Part shown: positions 23,158-38,146 of the stretch, in pieces | Position numbering within the stretch: the stretch's first letter is position 1 | How the letters are laid out: each line of letters begins with the position of its first letter | Source: Mytilus trossulus | Lineage: Eukaryota | Direction: 5' to 3' | NCBI RefSeq assembly: GCF_036588685.1 | Contig: NC_086383.1 | Span: 71,052,001-71,116,000 of the forward strand | DNA: 64,000 nt | The notes under the pieces: model-generated | The model's database searches: none | Told to the model about the DNA's origin: nothing | What the model saw: only the letters and a program-made list of their open reading frames with translations | Program-made: the position numbers and the translations under genes

Positions 23158-26108
23158 ACTGTTCCAGACTTCAGTCTGCAGAGGCTATTCAGCCACCAAA
23201 AGCCCTTTTAAGGGCTACCCAATTTATTCAAAAAGAATCTACAATTGTTGTACATTAGTTATCAAACTAAATCTAGCTGAGCCCTACTTTCTCTGAACTT
23301 TGCACTGGTCTCTGAAATATTTTTTTGGTCAAATTATTTCCATTGTTTGTTTTATTTCACTCCTTATGACTATACTATTTCTAACACCTAAATATGCAGC
23401 TGTTGTTTTGGATATTTTTTGTGTAGTTAGGCACCATTAAAGTTATATCAGTGTATTTTCACGCACTTGTTAGAACTGAATAAAACTTTTTCTAATCAGT
23501 TTTCGTTAGAATGACAATCTACGAAAATAGGAAGTCATGCTAGGGTTTTATTGTGCTCTTTTTTTAGGGGGAAGGGGGTCAAAATCACACAGCTAACCTT
23601 CAACCGAAAAATCATTTTTGTCATTATATGAGTTTTTCCATTTCTCTCTTCTTCTTCGTGTTCAACTTGACTGACATTTTTAGTTGGACTTTTTCTACAC
23701 GTATGCAAAGTCAAAGGTTGGCTCACTATTTCATATCAACTAGTCAATGGGGAGGTAACTCTGAAATTAAACTCAGTACTTTTTTTCAGTACTATATAAA
23801 TAAACTGTTAAAATGTACACAATACAAAAGATGTATAACGTATCGTCAAAATCAGATTAGTAGCAAATGAATGCAGTGACGTTTGTCTGTTATATATTTA
23901 TTTTTTTATTTATTATTTGTCAAAATTACTACAATAATATTGTGTATTAAAATTTAGAAGGAAACTCTAAAGTACGGAGGTTTTTGTTCAACATTTAACA
24001 GTTCTGCAATTATTTTGTCATTTTATTACCTGCGATTTATTATGCAAATTTCACTATTCTCTACCTTTCGAATTTCACCTTTGTTTTACTCGTGTATAAA
24101 ATAAATGCACCTACTTGTTTCTATGTTTCTTTCAAATGGTTGTCCTGTGATTTTTCTCTTCTTTTTTCTCTCTGTTATTTAGTGTGTGACGACTTGACTG
24201 TATCTTTGCTATGTCTTTTTAATCTGTCGACAGCACGCGAGGTGAATCAACCCGAAACAATACAGTGACGTCACATGTGACTACTGTGATGAACAAAAAC
24301 AAGGATGGATGGACGGACAGTGGTACAAAAGTAAGAAAAAGTTATTTCTCTGATAACAGGTATCGCGTGAATTGTAGGTTCACGGTATAGGTTTTTTTCT
24401 CTCATTTTTGAAGATCATCTATACAGTTGTCTATAATTGCTTACATCCACTTCATTTGAACTATGGTGGATAGTTGTCTCATTGGCAATCATACCACATC
24501 TCCTTCCTTATTTTCATATTGAAATGACAGCACCTTAACGACACACACAAACATAGCCTACTAGTATATACGTACATGGGAGACTGAGAAAATCTGTGCT
24601 TATTGGAAAATGATAAAAAAAAAAAAAAATCTTTAAGGTATGCTATGACTAAGCTTAAAATATAAGGTAGATAGGGAGTAGGAAGCACACATATTCTTTT
24701 TTTTATTTGGCCTTAATGAAGAAGAAAACCACACACACAGCATATTACATCTTGTACTAACATCCATTAAACGCTATGCTAATATGTCTTCAAAAGAGAA
24801 CCCTATTATATATCCCCCCTTTTTTCTCCGGATTTTGTTTTTTTGGAAAAAGGGGGAGGGGCTGGCGGTTTAGTTCAATACAGTGGGAAAATGTTTTGCC
24901 CAAAGTCCAATGGTTCACACTGATGTGTTTTTGTCCTTCCGTCTCTTTTTAATCGTCCGTGTCACGGGATGCTGCTTCACCCGTTACCGGTTCTGGGTTC
25001 ACTTGCATAGCTTATATAGGTATAATGCATATGTATAGCTAGAGTCTTCACTGTGACACACATTCCCCTTTTTGAGGGGAAATAAATGAACTTTTGTAAT
25101 TGTCCATTAAGATACAAATGATATGTACCACTTTCGAATTATAAAACTACAAAAATCTTCGTGTTTTGTTTTTGTTTTTGTTTGTATCGAAACTTTCAGG
25201 CGGCCAGGCCACTTTGAGCTCTGATCATCGGTTATTGATAATAAAATTAATTAAATATATTTTGTTGAAAAATATGGTATATTCTATAAGACATATTCGA
25301 GTTTTTGACTTGAAAGTGCGCAAATTGTACATGAAAATGGAAATAAAAGCGAATGTGCATCATACAGAACAGTTGTTCAGTGCCTGAGATCCACTGAAAA
25401 CAAAGTCGCTCTCTGAAAAGTTCCCAACGCTAAATTAAATAAAAAGATGTTTCAAATTCGTATTCTAGATATTGGGTTTGTTCATTCGAATCTTGAATGT
25501 TTGCGAAATTTCGCTCGGGTTGAATAAAAATGTTATTTGAAGTTTTAGTAAAAATCTGCAATTAAACAATGGCGCGTGAACTTTTTGTGTGTTTCCCTCT
25601 AGCTGGAAACAAACTTATTACGAGGAGGAACATGCTTCCAGTGAATAAAAACGGAAAGAAACCTAGAGAGAAATGATTTTTCTTCCGCTGTACAATTTTA
25701 CGACGATAGAATATTTGTGTAATGAGAAAAACTCGTAAATTTTCTGTCAACATACCTGCGAAGACAATTCAGTCGGTTCTACTTTAACTATTAATATCTT
25801 TTTACTGTGTACATCGAAAAATACACAGTTTATCTAACATGCAAGATTAATGACTGTTGAGCAATTTGGTATGCTATATGTGAATGTTTTTGATAGAATT
25901 ATACTATAAATTATCATAAAAGTCTTCGAAGAAGCACATAATCATTTTACCGAGATCGCGTAATGGATTTTACAAGTTATTTTTAAGGGTGTCTTCGTCG
26001 AGGTCCGCGTTCGTCTGTTATAAATAAACGAGGCCTGGAATGGCGTTATTTTCAAATCGTTATTCGTAGTATAAACTTCGTAAAGGATAATATTTTGAAT
26101 CATTCAAA

Positions 26109-26684
26109 ATGGCAGACGCAACAGCAGCACCAGCAGTAGCACCAGCTAAATCACCAAAGAAAAAGGCAGCAGCCAAGCCAAAGAAGCCTTCCGCACATCC
26201 TAAATACAGCGAGATGATTGGAAAAGCCATCGCCGCTTTGAAAGAACGTGGAGGTTCCTCAAGGCAAGCAATTCTGAAGTACATCATGGCCAACTTCAAC
26301 GTCGGAAAAGATGCCAAGTCAGTAAATGCTCATTTAAAACTTGCACTCAGAGCCGGAGTTAAGAACAACAGTTTGAAGCAGTCCAAGGGAACTGGAGCAT
26401 CCGGCTCTTTCAGAATTGGAGAGGCTAAAGTGGTTAAAAAGAAGCCAGCAAAGGCAAAAAAAGCAGCCAAACCTAAGGCCGCCAAGCCTAAGAAGGCAAA
26501 GACCACACCCAAGAAAAAGAAGCCAGCAGCAAAGAAACCAGCTGGAGAGAAAAAGGCGGCCAAACCAAAAGCAAAAAAACCAGCAGCAAAGAAAGCAGCC
26601 AAGCCAAAGAAGCCAGCAGCCAAGTCACCAGCCAAAAAGAAGGCAGCCAAACCAAAAGCCAAGAAGACACCAAAGAAGAAGTAA
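26109..26684 (+). CDS. H1: Linker histone H1 (191 aa)
   Basis: Identical translation. Confidence 0.98.
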   Translation: MADATAAPAVAPAKSPKKKAAAKPKKPSAHPKYSEMIGKAIAALKERGGSSRQAILKYIMANFNVGKDAKSVNAHLKLALRAGVKNNSLKQSKGTGASGSFRIGEAKVVKKKPAKAKKAAKPKAAKPKKAKTTPKKKKPAAKKPAGEKKAAKPKAKKPAAKKAAKPKKPAAKSPAKKKAAKPKAKKTPKKK

Positions 26685-28592
26685 ACTGTTCCAGACTTCA
26701 GTCTGCAGAGGCTATTCAGCCACCAAAAGCCCTTTTAAGGGCTACCCAATTTATTCAAAAAGAATCTACAATTGTTGTACATTAGTTATCAAACTAAATC
26801 TAGCTGAGCCCTACTTTCTCTGAACTTTGCACTGGTCTCTGAATATTTTTTTGGTCAAATTATTTCCATTGTTTGTTTTATTTCACTCCTTATGACTATA
26901 CTATTTCTAACACCTAAATATGCAGCTGTTGTTTTGGATATTTTTTGTGTAGTTAGGCACCATTAAAGTTATATCAGTGTATTTTCACGCACTTGTTAGA
27001 ACTGAATAAAACTTTTTCTAATCAGTTTTCGTTAGAATGACAATCTACGAAAATAGGAAGTCATGCTAGGGTTTTATTGTGCTCTTTTTTTAGGGGGAAG
27101 GGGGTCAAAATCACACAGCTAACCTTCAACCGAAAAATCATTTTTGTCATTATATGAGTTTTTCCATTTCTCTCTTCTTCTTCGTGTTCAACTTGACTGA
27201 CATTTTTAGTTGGACTTTTTCTACACGTATGCAAAGTCAAAGGTTGGCTCACTATTTCATATCAACTAGTCAATGGGGAGGTAACTCTGAAATTAAACTC
27301 AGTACTTTTTTTCAGTACTATATAAATAAACTGTTAAAATGTACACAATACAAAAGATGTATAACGTATCGTCAAAATCAGATTAGTAGCAAATGAATGC
27401 AGTGACGTTTGTCTGTTATATATTTATTTTTTTATTTATTATTTGTCAAAATTACTACAATAATATTGTGTATTAAAATTTAGAAGGAAACTCTAAAGTA
27501 CGGAGGTTTTTGTTCAACATTTAACAGTTCTGCAATTATTTTGTCATTTTATTACCTGCGATTTATTATGCAAATTTCACTATTCTCTACCTTTCGAATT
27601 TCACCTTTGTTTTACTCGTGTATAAAATAAATGCACCTACTTGTTTCTATGTTTCTTTCAAATGGTTGTCCTGTGATTTTTCTCTTCTTTTTTCTCTCTG
27701 TTATTTAGTGTGTGACGACTTGACTGTATCTTTGCTATGTCTTTTTAATCTGTCGACAGCACGCGAGGTGAATCAACCCGAAACAATACAGTGACGTCAC
27801 ATGTGACTACTGTGATGAACAAAAACAAGGATGGATGGACGGACAGTGGTACAAAAGTAAGAAAAAGTTATTTCTCTGATAACAGGTATCGCGTGAATTG
27901 TAGGTTCACGGTATAGGTTTTTTTCTCTCATTTTTGAAGATCATCTATACAGTTGTCTATAATTGCTTACATCCACTTCATTTGAACTATGGTGGATAGT
28001 TGTCTCATTGGCAATCATACCACATCTCCTTCCTTATTTTCATATTGAAATGACAGCACCTTAACGACACACACAAACATAGCCTACTAGTATATACGTA
28101 CATGGGAGACTGAGAAAATCTGTGCTTATTGGAAAATGATAAAAAAAAAAAAAATCTTTAAGGTATGCTATGACTAAGCTTAAAATATAAGGTAGATAGG
28201 GAGTAGGAAGCACACATATTCTTTTTTTTATTTGGCCTTAATGAAGAAGAAAACCACACACACAGCATATTACATCTTGTACTAACATCCATTAAACGCT
28301 ATGCTAATATGTCTTCAAAAGAGAACCCTATTATATATCCCCCCTTTTTTCTCCGGATTTTGTTTTTTTGGAAAAAGGGGGAGGGGCTGGCGGTTTAGTT
28401 CAATACAGTGGGAAAATGTTTTGCCCAAAGTCCAATGGTTCACACTGATGTGTTTTTGTCCTTCCGTCTCTTTTTAATCGTCCGTGTCACGGGATGCTGC
28501 TTCACCCGTTACCGGTTCTGGGTTCACTTGCATAGCTTATATAGGTATAATGCATATGTATAGCTAGAGTCTTCACTGTGACACACATTCCC

Positions 28593-28692
28593 NNNNNNNN
28601 NNNNNNNNNNNNNNNNNNNNNNNNNNNNNNNNNNNNNNNNNNNNNNNNNNNNNNNNNNNNNNNNNNNNNNNNNNNNNNNNNNNNNNNNNNNN
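28593..28692. other. Assembly gap (100 N)
   Basis: Run of 100 Ns; the flanks overlap in unit phase by ~785 bp. Confidence 0.99.
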
Positions 28693-30518
28693 CTACTGTG
28701 ATGAACAAAAACAAGGATGGATGGACGGACAGTGGTACAAAAGTAAGAAAAAGTTATTTCTCTGATAACAGGTATCGCGTGAATTGTAGGTTCACGGTAT
28801 AGGTTTTTTTCTCTCATTTTTGAAGATCATCTATACAGTTGTCTATAATTGCTTACATCCACTTCATTTGAACTATGGTGGATAGTTGTCTCATTGGCAA
28901 TCATACCACATCTCCTTCCTTATTTTCATATTGAAATGACAGCACCTTAACGACACACACAAACATAGCCTACTAGTATATACGTACATGGGAGACTGAG
29001 AAAATCTGTGCTTATTGGAAAATGATAAAAAAAAAAAAAATCTTTAAGGTATGCTATGACTAAGCTTAAAATATAAGGTAGATAGGGAGTAGGAAGCACA
29101 CATATTCTTTTTTTTATTTGGCCTTAATGAAGAAGAAAACCACACACACAGCATATTACATCTTGTACTAACATCCATTAAACGCTATGCTAATATGTCT
29201 TCAAAAGAGAACCCTATTATATATCCCCCCTTTTTTCTCCGGATTTTGTTTTTTGGAAAAAGGGGGAGGGGCTGGCGGTTTAGTTCAATACAGTGGGAAA
29301 ATGTTTTGCCCAAAGTCCAATGGTTCACACTGATGTGTTTTTGTCCTTCCGTCTCTTTTTAATCGTCCGTGTCACGGGATGCTGCTTCACCCGTTACCGG
29401 TTCTGGGTTCACTTGCATAGCTTATATAGGTATAATGCATATGTATAGCTAGAGTCTTCACTGTGACACACATTCCCCTTTTTGAGGGGAAATAAATGAA
29501 CTTTTGTAATTGTCCATTAAGATACAAATGATATGTACCACTTTCGAATTATAAAACTACAAAAATCTTCGTGTTTTGTTTTTGTTTTTGTTTGTATCGA
29601 AACTTTCAGGCGGCCAGGCCACTTTGAGCTCTGATCATCGGTTATTGATAATAAAATTAATTAAATATATTTTGTTGAAAAATATGGTATATTCTATAAG
29701 ACATATTCGAGTTTTTGACTTGAAAGTGCGCAAATTGTACATGAAAATGGAAATAAAAGCGAATGTGCATCATACAGAACAGTTGTTCAGTGCCTGAGAT
29801 CCACTGAAAACAAAGTCGCTCTCTGAAAAGTTCCCAACGCTAAATTAAATAAAAAGATGTTTCAAATTCGTATTCTAGATATTGGGTTTGTTCATTCGAA
29901 TCTTGAATGTTTGCGAAATTTCGCTCGGGTTGAATAAAAATGTTATTTGAAGTTTTAGTAAAAATCTGCAATTAAACAATGGCGCGTGAACTTTTTGTGT
30001 GTTTCCCTCTAGCTGGAAACAAACTTATTACGAGGAGGAACATGCTTCCAGTGAATAAAAACGGAAAGAAACCTAGAGAGAAATGATTTTTCTTCCGCTG
30101 TACAATTTTACGACGATAGAATATTTGTGTAATGAGAAAAACTCGTAAATTTTCTGTCAACATACCTGCGAAGACAATTCAGTCGGTTCTACTTTAACTA
30201 TTAATATCTTTTTACTGTGTACATCGAAAAATACACAGTTTATCTAACATGCAAGATTAATGACTGTTGAGCAATTTGGTATGCTATATGTGAATGTTTT
30301 TGATAGAATTATACTATAAATTATCATAAAAGTCTTCGAAGAAGCACATAATCATTTTACCGAGATCGCGTAATGGATTTTACAAGTTATTTTTAAGGGT
30401 GTCTTCGTCGAGGTCCGCGTTCGTCTGTTATAAATAAACGAGGCCTGGAATGGCGTTATTTTCAAATCGTTATTCGTAGTATAAACTTCGTAAAGGATAA
30501 TATTTTGAATCATTCAAA

Positions 30519-31094
30519 ATGGCAGACGCAACAGCAGCACCAGCAGTAGCACCAGCTAAATCACCAAAGAAAAAGGCAGCAGCCAAGCCAAAGAAGCCTT
30601 CCGCACATCCTAAATACAGCGAGATGATTGGAAAAGCCATCGCCGCTTTGAAAGAACGTGGAGGTTCCTCAAGGCAAGCAATTCTGAAGTACATCATGGC
30701 CAACTTCAACGTCGGAAAAGATGCCAAGTCAGTAAATGCTCATTTAAAACTTGCACTCAGAGCCGGAGTTAAGAACAACAGTTTGAAGCAGTCCAAGGGA
30801 ACTGGAGCATCCGGCTCTTTCAGAATTGGAGAGGCTAAAGTGGTTAAAAAGAAGCCAGCAAAGGCAAAAAAAGCAGCCAAACCTAAGGCCGCCAAGCCTA
30901 AGAAGGCAAAGACCACACCCAAGAAAAAGAAGCCAGCAGCAAAGAAACCAGCTGGAGAGAAAAAGGCGGCCAAACCAAAAGCAAAAAAACCAGCAGCAAA
31001 GAAAGCAGCCAAGCCAAAGAAGCCAGCAGCCAAGTCACCAGCCAAAAAGAAGGCAGCCAAACCAAAAGCCAAGAAGACACCAAAGAAGAAGTAA
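30519..31094 (+). CDS. H1: Linker histone H1 (191 aa)
   Basis: Identical translation. Confidence 0.98.
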   Translation: MADATAAPAVAPAKSPKKKAAAKPKKPSAHPKYSEMIGKAIAALKERGGSSRQAILKYIMANFNVGKDAKSVNAHLKLALRAGVKNNSLKQSKGTGASGSFRIGEAKVVKKKPAKAKKAAKPKAAKPKKAKTTPKKKKPAAKKPAGEKKAAKPKAKKPAAKKAAKPKKPAAKSPAKKKAAKPKAKKTPKKK

Positions 31095-34044
31095 ACTGTT
31101 CCAGACTTCAGTCTGCAGAGGCTATTCAGCCACCAAAAGCCCTTTTAAGGGCTACCCAATTTATTCAAAAAGAATCTACAATTGTTGTACATTAGTTATC
31201 AAACTAAATCTAGCTGAGCCCTACTTTCTCTGAACTTTGCACTGGTCTCTGAAATATTTTTTTGGTCAAATTATTTCCATTGTTTGTTTTATTTCACTCC
31301 TTATGACTATACTATTTCTAACACCTAAATATGCAGCTGTTGTTTTGGATATTTTTTGTGTAGTTAGGCACCATTAAAGTTATATCAGTGTATTTTCACG
31401 CACTTGTTAGAACTGAATAAAACTTTTTCTAATCAGTTTTCGTTAGAATGACAATCTACGAAAATAGGAAGTCATGCTAGGGTTTTATTGTGCTCTTTTT
31501 TTAGGGGGAAGGGGGTCAAAATCACACAGCTAACCTTCAACCGAAAAATCATTTTTGTCATTATATGAGTTTTTCCATTTCTCTCTTCTTCTTCGTGTTC
31601 AACTTGACTGACATTTTTAGTTGGACTTTTTCTACACGTATGCAAAGTCAAAGGTTGGCTCACTATTTCATATCAACTAGTCAATGGGGAGGTAACTCTG
31701 AAATTAAACTCAGTACTTTTTTTCAGTACTATATAAATAAACTGTTAAAATGTACACAATACAAAAGATGTATAACGTATCGTCAAAATCAGATTAGTAG
31801 CAAATGAATGCAGTGACGTTTGTCTGTTATATATTTATTTTTTTATTTATTATTTGTCAAAATTACTACAATAATATTGTGTATTAAAATTTAGAAGGAA
31901 ACTCTAAAGTACGGAGGTTTTTGTTCAACATTTAACAGTTCTGCAATTATTTTGTCATTTTATTACCTGCGATTTATTATGCAAATTTCACTATTCTCTA
32001 CCTTTCGAATTTCACCTTTGTTTTACTCGTGTATAAAATAAATGCACCTACTTGTTTCTATGTTTCTTTCAAATGGTTGTCCTGTGATTTTTCTCTTCTT
32101 TTTTCTCTCTGTTATTTAGTGTGTGACGACTTGACTGTATCTTTGCTATGTCTTTTTAATCTGTCGACAGCACGCGAGGTGAATCAACCCGAAACAATAC
32201 AGTGACGTCACATGTGACTACTGTGATGAACAAAAACAAGGATGGATGGACGGACAGTGGTACAAAAGTAAGAAAAAGTTATTTCTCTGATAACAGGTAT
32301 CGCGTGAATTGTAGGTTCACGGTATAGGTTTTTTTCTCTCATTTTTGAAGATCATCTATACAGTTGTCTATAATTGCTTACATCCACTTCATTTGAACTA
32401 TGGTGGATAGTTGTCTCATTGGCAATCATACCACATCTCCTTCCTTATTTTCATATTGAAATGACAGCACCTTAACGACACACACAAACATAGCCTACTA
32501 GTATATACGTACATGGGAGACTGAGAAAATCTGTGCTTATTGGAAAATGATAAAAAAAAAAAAAATCTTTAAGGTATGCTATGACTAAGCTTAAAATATA
32601 AGGTAGATAGGGAGTAGGAAGCACACATATTCTTTTTTTTATTTGGCCTTAATGAAGAAGAAAACCACACACACAGCATATTACATCTTGTACTAACATC
32701 CATTAAACGCTATGCTAATATGTCTTCAAAAGAGAACCCTATTATATATCCCCCCTTTTTTCTCCGGATTTTGTTTTTTTGGAAAAAGGGGGAGGGGCTG
32801 GCGGTTTAGTTCAATACAGTGGGAAAATGTTTTGCCCAAAGTCCAATGGTTCACACTGATGTGTTTTTGTCCTTCCGTCTCTTTTTAATCGTCCGTGTCA
32901 CGGGATGCTGCTTCACCCGTTACCGGTTCTGGGTTCACTTGCATAGCTTATATAGGTATAATGCATATGTATAGCTAGAGTCTTCACTGTGACACACATT
33001 CCCCTTTTTGAGGGGAAATAAATGAACTTTTGTAATTGTCCATTAAGATACAAATGATATGTACCACTTTCGAATTATAAAACTACAAAAATCTTCGTGT
33101 TTTGTTTTTGTTTTTGTTTGTATCGAAACTTTCAGGCGGCCAGGCCACTTTGAGCTCTGATCATCGGTTATTGATAATAAAATTAATTAAATATATTTTG
33201 TTGAAAAATATGGTATATTCTATAAGACATATTCGAGTTTTTGACTTGAAAGTGCGCAAATTGTACATGAAAATGGAAATAAAAGCGAATGTGCATCATA
33301 CAGAACAGTTGTTCAGTGCCTGAGATCCACTGAAAACAAAGTCGCTCTCTGAAAAGTTCCCAACGCTAAATTAAATAAAAAGATGTTTCAAATTCGTATT
33401 CTAGATATTGGGTTTGTTCATTCGAATCTTGAATGTTTGCGAAATTTCGCTCGGGTTGAATAAAAATGTTATTTGAAGTTTTAGTAAAAATCTGCAATTA
33501 AACAATGGCGCGTGAACTTTTTGTGTGTTTCCCTCTAGCTGGAAACAAACTTATTACGAGGAGGAACATGCTTCCAGTGAATAAAAACGGAAAGAAACCT
33601 AGAGAGAAATGATTTTTCTTCCGCTGTACAATTTTACGACGATAGAATATTTGTGTAATGAGAAAAACTCGTAAATTTTCTGTCAACATACCTGCGAAGA
33701 CAATTCAGTCGGTTCTACTTTAACTATTAATATCTTTTTACTGTGTACATCGAAAAATACACAGTTTATCTAACATGCAAGATTAATGACTGTTGAGCAA
33801 TTTGGTATGCTATATGTGAATGTTTTTGATAGAATTATACTATAAATTATCATAAAAGTCTTCGAAGAAGCACATAATCATTTTACCGAGATCGCGTAAT
33901 GGATTTTACAAGTTATTTTTAAGGGTGTCTTCGTCGAGGTCCGCGTTCGTCTGTTATAAATAAACGAGGCCTGGAATGGCGTTATTTTCAAATCGTTATT
34001 CGTAGTATAAACTTCGTAAAGGATAATATTTTGAATCATTCAAA

Positions 34045-34620
34045 ATGGCAGACGCAACAGCAGCACCAGCAGTAGCACCAGCTAAATCACCAAAGAAAAA
34101 GGCAGCAGCCAAGCCAAAGAAGCCTTCCGCACATCCTAAATACAGCGAGATGATTGGAAAAGCCATCGCCGCTTTGAAAGAACGTGGAGGTTCCTCAAGG
34201 CAAGCAATTCTGAAGTACATCATGGCCAACTTCAACGTCGGAAAAGATGCCAAGTCAGTAAATGCTCATTTAAAACTTGCACTCAGAGCCGGAGTTAAGA
34301 ACAACAGTTTGAAGCAGTCCAAGGGAACTGGAGCATCCGGCTCTTTCAGAATTGGAGAGGCTAAAGTGGTTAAAAAGAAGCCAGCAAAGGCAAAAAAAGC
34401 AGCCAAACCTAAGGCCGCCAAGCCTAAGAAGGCAAAGACCACACCCAAGAAAAAGAAGCCAGCAGCAAAGAAACCAGCTGGAGAGAAAAAGGCGGCCAAA
34501 CCAAAAGCAAAAAAACCAGCAGCAAAGAAAGCAGCCAAGCCAAAGAAGCCAGCAGCCAAGTCACCAGCCAAAAAGAAGGCAGCCAAACCAAAAGCCAAGA
34601 AGACACCAAAGAAGAAGTAA
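34045..34620 (+). CDS. H1: Linker histone H1 (191 aa)
   Basis: Identical translation. Confidence 0.98.
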   Translation: MADATAAPAVAPAKSPKKKAAAKPKKPSAHPKYSEMIGKAIAALKERGGSSRQAILKYIMANFNVGKDAKSVNAHLKLALRAGVKNNSLKQSKGTGASGSFRIGEAKVVKKKPAKAKKAAKPKAAKPKKAKTTPKKKKPAAKKPAGEKKAAKPKAKKPAAKKAAKPKKPAAKSPAKKKAAKPKAKKTPKKK

Positions 34621-37570
34621 ACTGTTCCAGACTTCAGTCTGCAGAGGCTATTCAGCCACCAAAAGCCCTTTTAAGGGCTACCCAATTTATTCAAAAAGAA
34701 TCTACAATTGTTGTACATTAGTTATCAAACTAAATCTAGCTGAGCCCTACTTTCTCTGAACTTTGCACTGGTCTCTGAAATATTTTTTTGGTCAAATTAT
34801 TTCCATTGTTTGTTTTATTTCACTCCTTATGACTATACTATTTCTAACACCTAAATATGCAGCTGTTGTTTTGGATATTTTTTGTGTAGTTAGGCACCAT
34901 TAAAGTTATATCAGTGTATTTTCACGCACTTGTTAGAACTGAATAAAACTTTTTCTAATCAGTTTTCGTTAGAATGACAATCTACGAAAATAGGAAGTCA
35001 TGCTAGGGTTTTATTGTGCTCTTTTTTTAGGGGGAAGGGGGTCAAAATCACACAGCTAACCTTCAACCGAAAAATCATTTTTGTCATTATATGAGTTTTT
35101 CCATTTCTCTCTTCTTCTTCGTGTTCAACTTGACTGACATTTTTAGTTGGACTTTTTCTACACGTATGCAAAGTCAAAGGTTGGCTCACTATTTCATATC
35201 AACTAGTCAATGGGGAGGTAACTCTGAAATTAAACTCAGTACTTTTTTTCAGTACTATATAAATAAACTGTTAAAATGTACACAATACAAAAGATGTATA
35301 ACGTATCGTCAAAATCAGATTAGTAGCAAATGAATGCAGTGACGTTTGTCTGTTATATATTTATTTTTTTATTTATTATTTGTCAAAATTACTACAATAA
35401 TATTGTGTATTAAAATTTAGAAGGAAACTCTAAAGTACGGAGGTTTTTGTTCAACATTTAACAGTTCTGCAATTATTTTGTCATTTTATTACCTGCGATT
35501 TATTATGCAAATTTCACTATTCTCTACCTTTCGAATTTCACCTTTGTTTTACTCGTGTATAAAATAAATGCACCTACTTGTTTCTATGTTTCTTTCAAAT
35601 GGTTGTCCTGTGATTTTTCTCTTCTTTTTTCTCTCTGTTATTTAGTGTGTGACGACTTGACTGTATCTTTGCTATGTCTTTTTAATCTGTCGACAGCACG
35701 CGAGGTGAATCAACCCGAAACAATACAGTGACGTCACATGTGACTACTGTGATGAACAAAAACAAGGATGGATGGACGGACAGTGGTACAAAAGTAAGAA
35801 AAAGTTATTTCTCTGATAACAGGTATCGCGTGAATTGTAGGTTCACGGTATAGGTTTTTTTCTCTCATTTTTGAAGATCATCTATACAGTTGTCTATAAT
35901 TGCTTACATCCACTTCATTTGAACTATGGTGGATAGTTGTCTCATTGGCAATCATACCACATCTCCTTCCTTATTTTCATATTGAAATGACAGCACCTTA
36001 ACGACACACACAAACATAGCCTACTAGTATATACGTACATGGGAGACTGAGAAAATCTGTGCTTATTGGAAAATGATAAAAAAAAAAAAAATCTTTAAGG
36101 TATGCTATGACTAAGCTTAAAATATAAGGTAGATAGGGAGTAGGAAGCACACATATTCTTTTTTTTATTTGGCCTTAATGAAGAAGAAAACCACACACAC
36201 AGCATATTACATCTTGTACTAACATCCATTAAACGCTATGCTAATATGTCTTCAAAAGAGAACCCTATTATATATCCCCCCTTTTTTCTCCGGATTTTGT
36301 TTTTTTGGAAAAAGGGGGAGGGGCTGGCGGTTTAGTTCAATACAGTGGGAAAATGTTTTGCCCAAAGTCCAATGGTTCACACTGATGTGTTTTTGTCCTT
36401 CCGTCTCTTTTTAATCGTCCGTGTCACGGGATGCTGCTTCACCCGTTACCGGTTCTGGGTTCACTTGCATAGCTTATATAGGTATAATGCATATGTATAG
36501 CTAGAGTCTTCACTGTGACACACATTCCCCTTTTTGAGGGGAAATAAATGAACTTTTGTAATTGTCCATTAAGATACAAATGATATGTACCACTTTCGAA
36601 TTATAAAACTACAAAAATCTTCGTGTTTTGTTTTTGTTTTTGTTTGTATCGAAACTTTCAGGCGGCCAGGCCACTTTGAGCTCTGATCATCGGTTATTGA
36701 TAATAAAATTAATTAAATATATTTTGTTGAAAAATATGGTATATTCTATAAGACATATTCGAGTTTTTGACTTGAAAGTGCGCAAATTGTACATGAAAAT
36801 GGAAATAAAAGCGAATGTGCATCATACAGAACAGTTGTTCAGTGCCTGAGATCCACTGAAAACAAAGTCGCTCTCTGAAAAGTTCCCAACGCTAAATTAA
36901 ATAAAAAGATGTTTCAAATTCGTATTCTAGATATTGGGTTTGTTCATTCGAATCTTGAATGTTTGCGAAATTTCGCTCGGGTTGAATAAAAATGTTATTT
37001 GAAGTTTTAGTAAAAATCTGCAATTAAACAATGGCGCGTGAACTTTTTGTGTGTTTCCCTCTAGCTGGAAACAAACTTATTACGAGGAGGAACATGCTTC
37101 CAGTGAATAAAAACGGAAAGAAACCTAGAGAGAAATGATTTTTCTTCCGCTGTACAATTTTACGACGATAGAATATTTGTGTAATGAGAAAAACTCGTAA
37201 ATTTTCTGTCAACATACCTGCGAAGACAATTCAGTCGGTTCTACTTTAACTATTAATATCTTTTTACTGTGTACATCGAAAAATACACAGTTTATCTAAC
37301 ATGCAAGATTAATGACTGTTGAGCAATTTGGTATGCTATATGTGAATGTTTTTGATAGAATTATACTATAAATTATCATAAAAGTCTTCGAAGAAGCACA
37401 TAATCATTTTACCGAGATCGCGTAATGGATTTTACAAGTTATTTTTAAGGGTGTCTTCGTCGAGGTCCGCGTTCGTCTGTTATAAATAAACGAGGCCTGG
37501 AATGGCGTTATTTTCAAATCGTTATTCGTAGTATAAACTTCGTAAAGGATAATATTTTGAATCATTCAAA

Positions 37571-38146
37571 ATGGCAGACGCAACAGCAGCACCAGCAGTA
37601 GCACCAGCTAAATCACCAAAGAAAAAGGCAGCAGCCAAGCCAAAGAAGCCTTCCGCACATCCTAAATACAGCGAGATGATTGGAAAAGCCATCGCCGCTT
37701 TGAAAGAACGTGGAGGTTCCTCAAGGCAAGCAATTCTGAAGTACATCATGGCCAACTTCAACGTCGGAAAAGATGCCAAGTCAGTAAATGCTCATTTAAA
37801 ACTTGCACTCAGAGCCGGAGTTAAGAACAACAGTTTGAAGCAGTCCAAGGGAACTGGAGCATCCGGCTCTTTCAGAATTGGAGAGGCTAAAGTGGTTAAA
37901 AAGAAGCCAGCAAAGGCAAAAAAAGCAGCCAAACCTAAGGCCGCCAAGCCTAAGAAGGCAAAGACCACACCCAAGAAAAAGAAGCCAGCAGCAAAGAAAC
38001 CAGCTGGAGAGAAAAAGGCGGCCAAACCAAAAGCAAAAAAACCAGCAGCAAAGAAAGCAGCCAAGCCAAAGAAGCCAGCAGCCAAGTCACCAGCCAAAAA
38101 GAAGGCAGCCAAACCAAAAGCCAAGAAGACACCAAAGAAGAAGTAA
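37571..38146 (+). CDS. H1: Linker histone H1 (191 aa)
   Basis: Identical translation. Confidence 0.98.
   Translation: MADATAAPAVAPAKSPKKKAAAKPKKPSAHPKYSEMIGKAIAALKERGGSSRQAILKYIMANFNVGKDAKSVNAHLKLALRAGVKNNSLKQSKGTGASGSFRIGEAKVVKKKPAKAKKAAKPKAAKPKKAKTTPKKKKPAAKKPAGEKKAAKPKAKKPAAKKAAKPKKPAAKSPAKKKAAKPKAKKTPKKK

Noticed and set aside
27800-29480. Apparent ~785-bp internal duplication giving a longer unit (ATG spacing 4410 bp)
   Set aside because: Straddles a 100-N gap; explained by out-of-phase contig ends.
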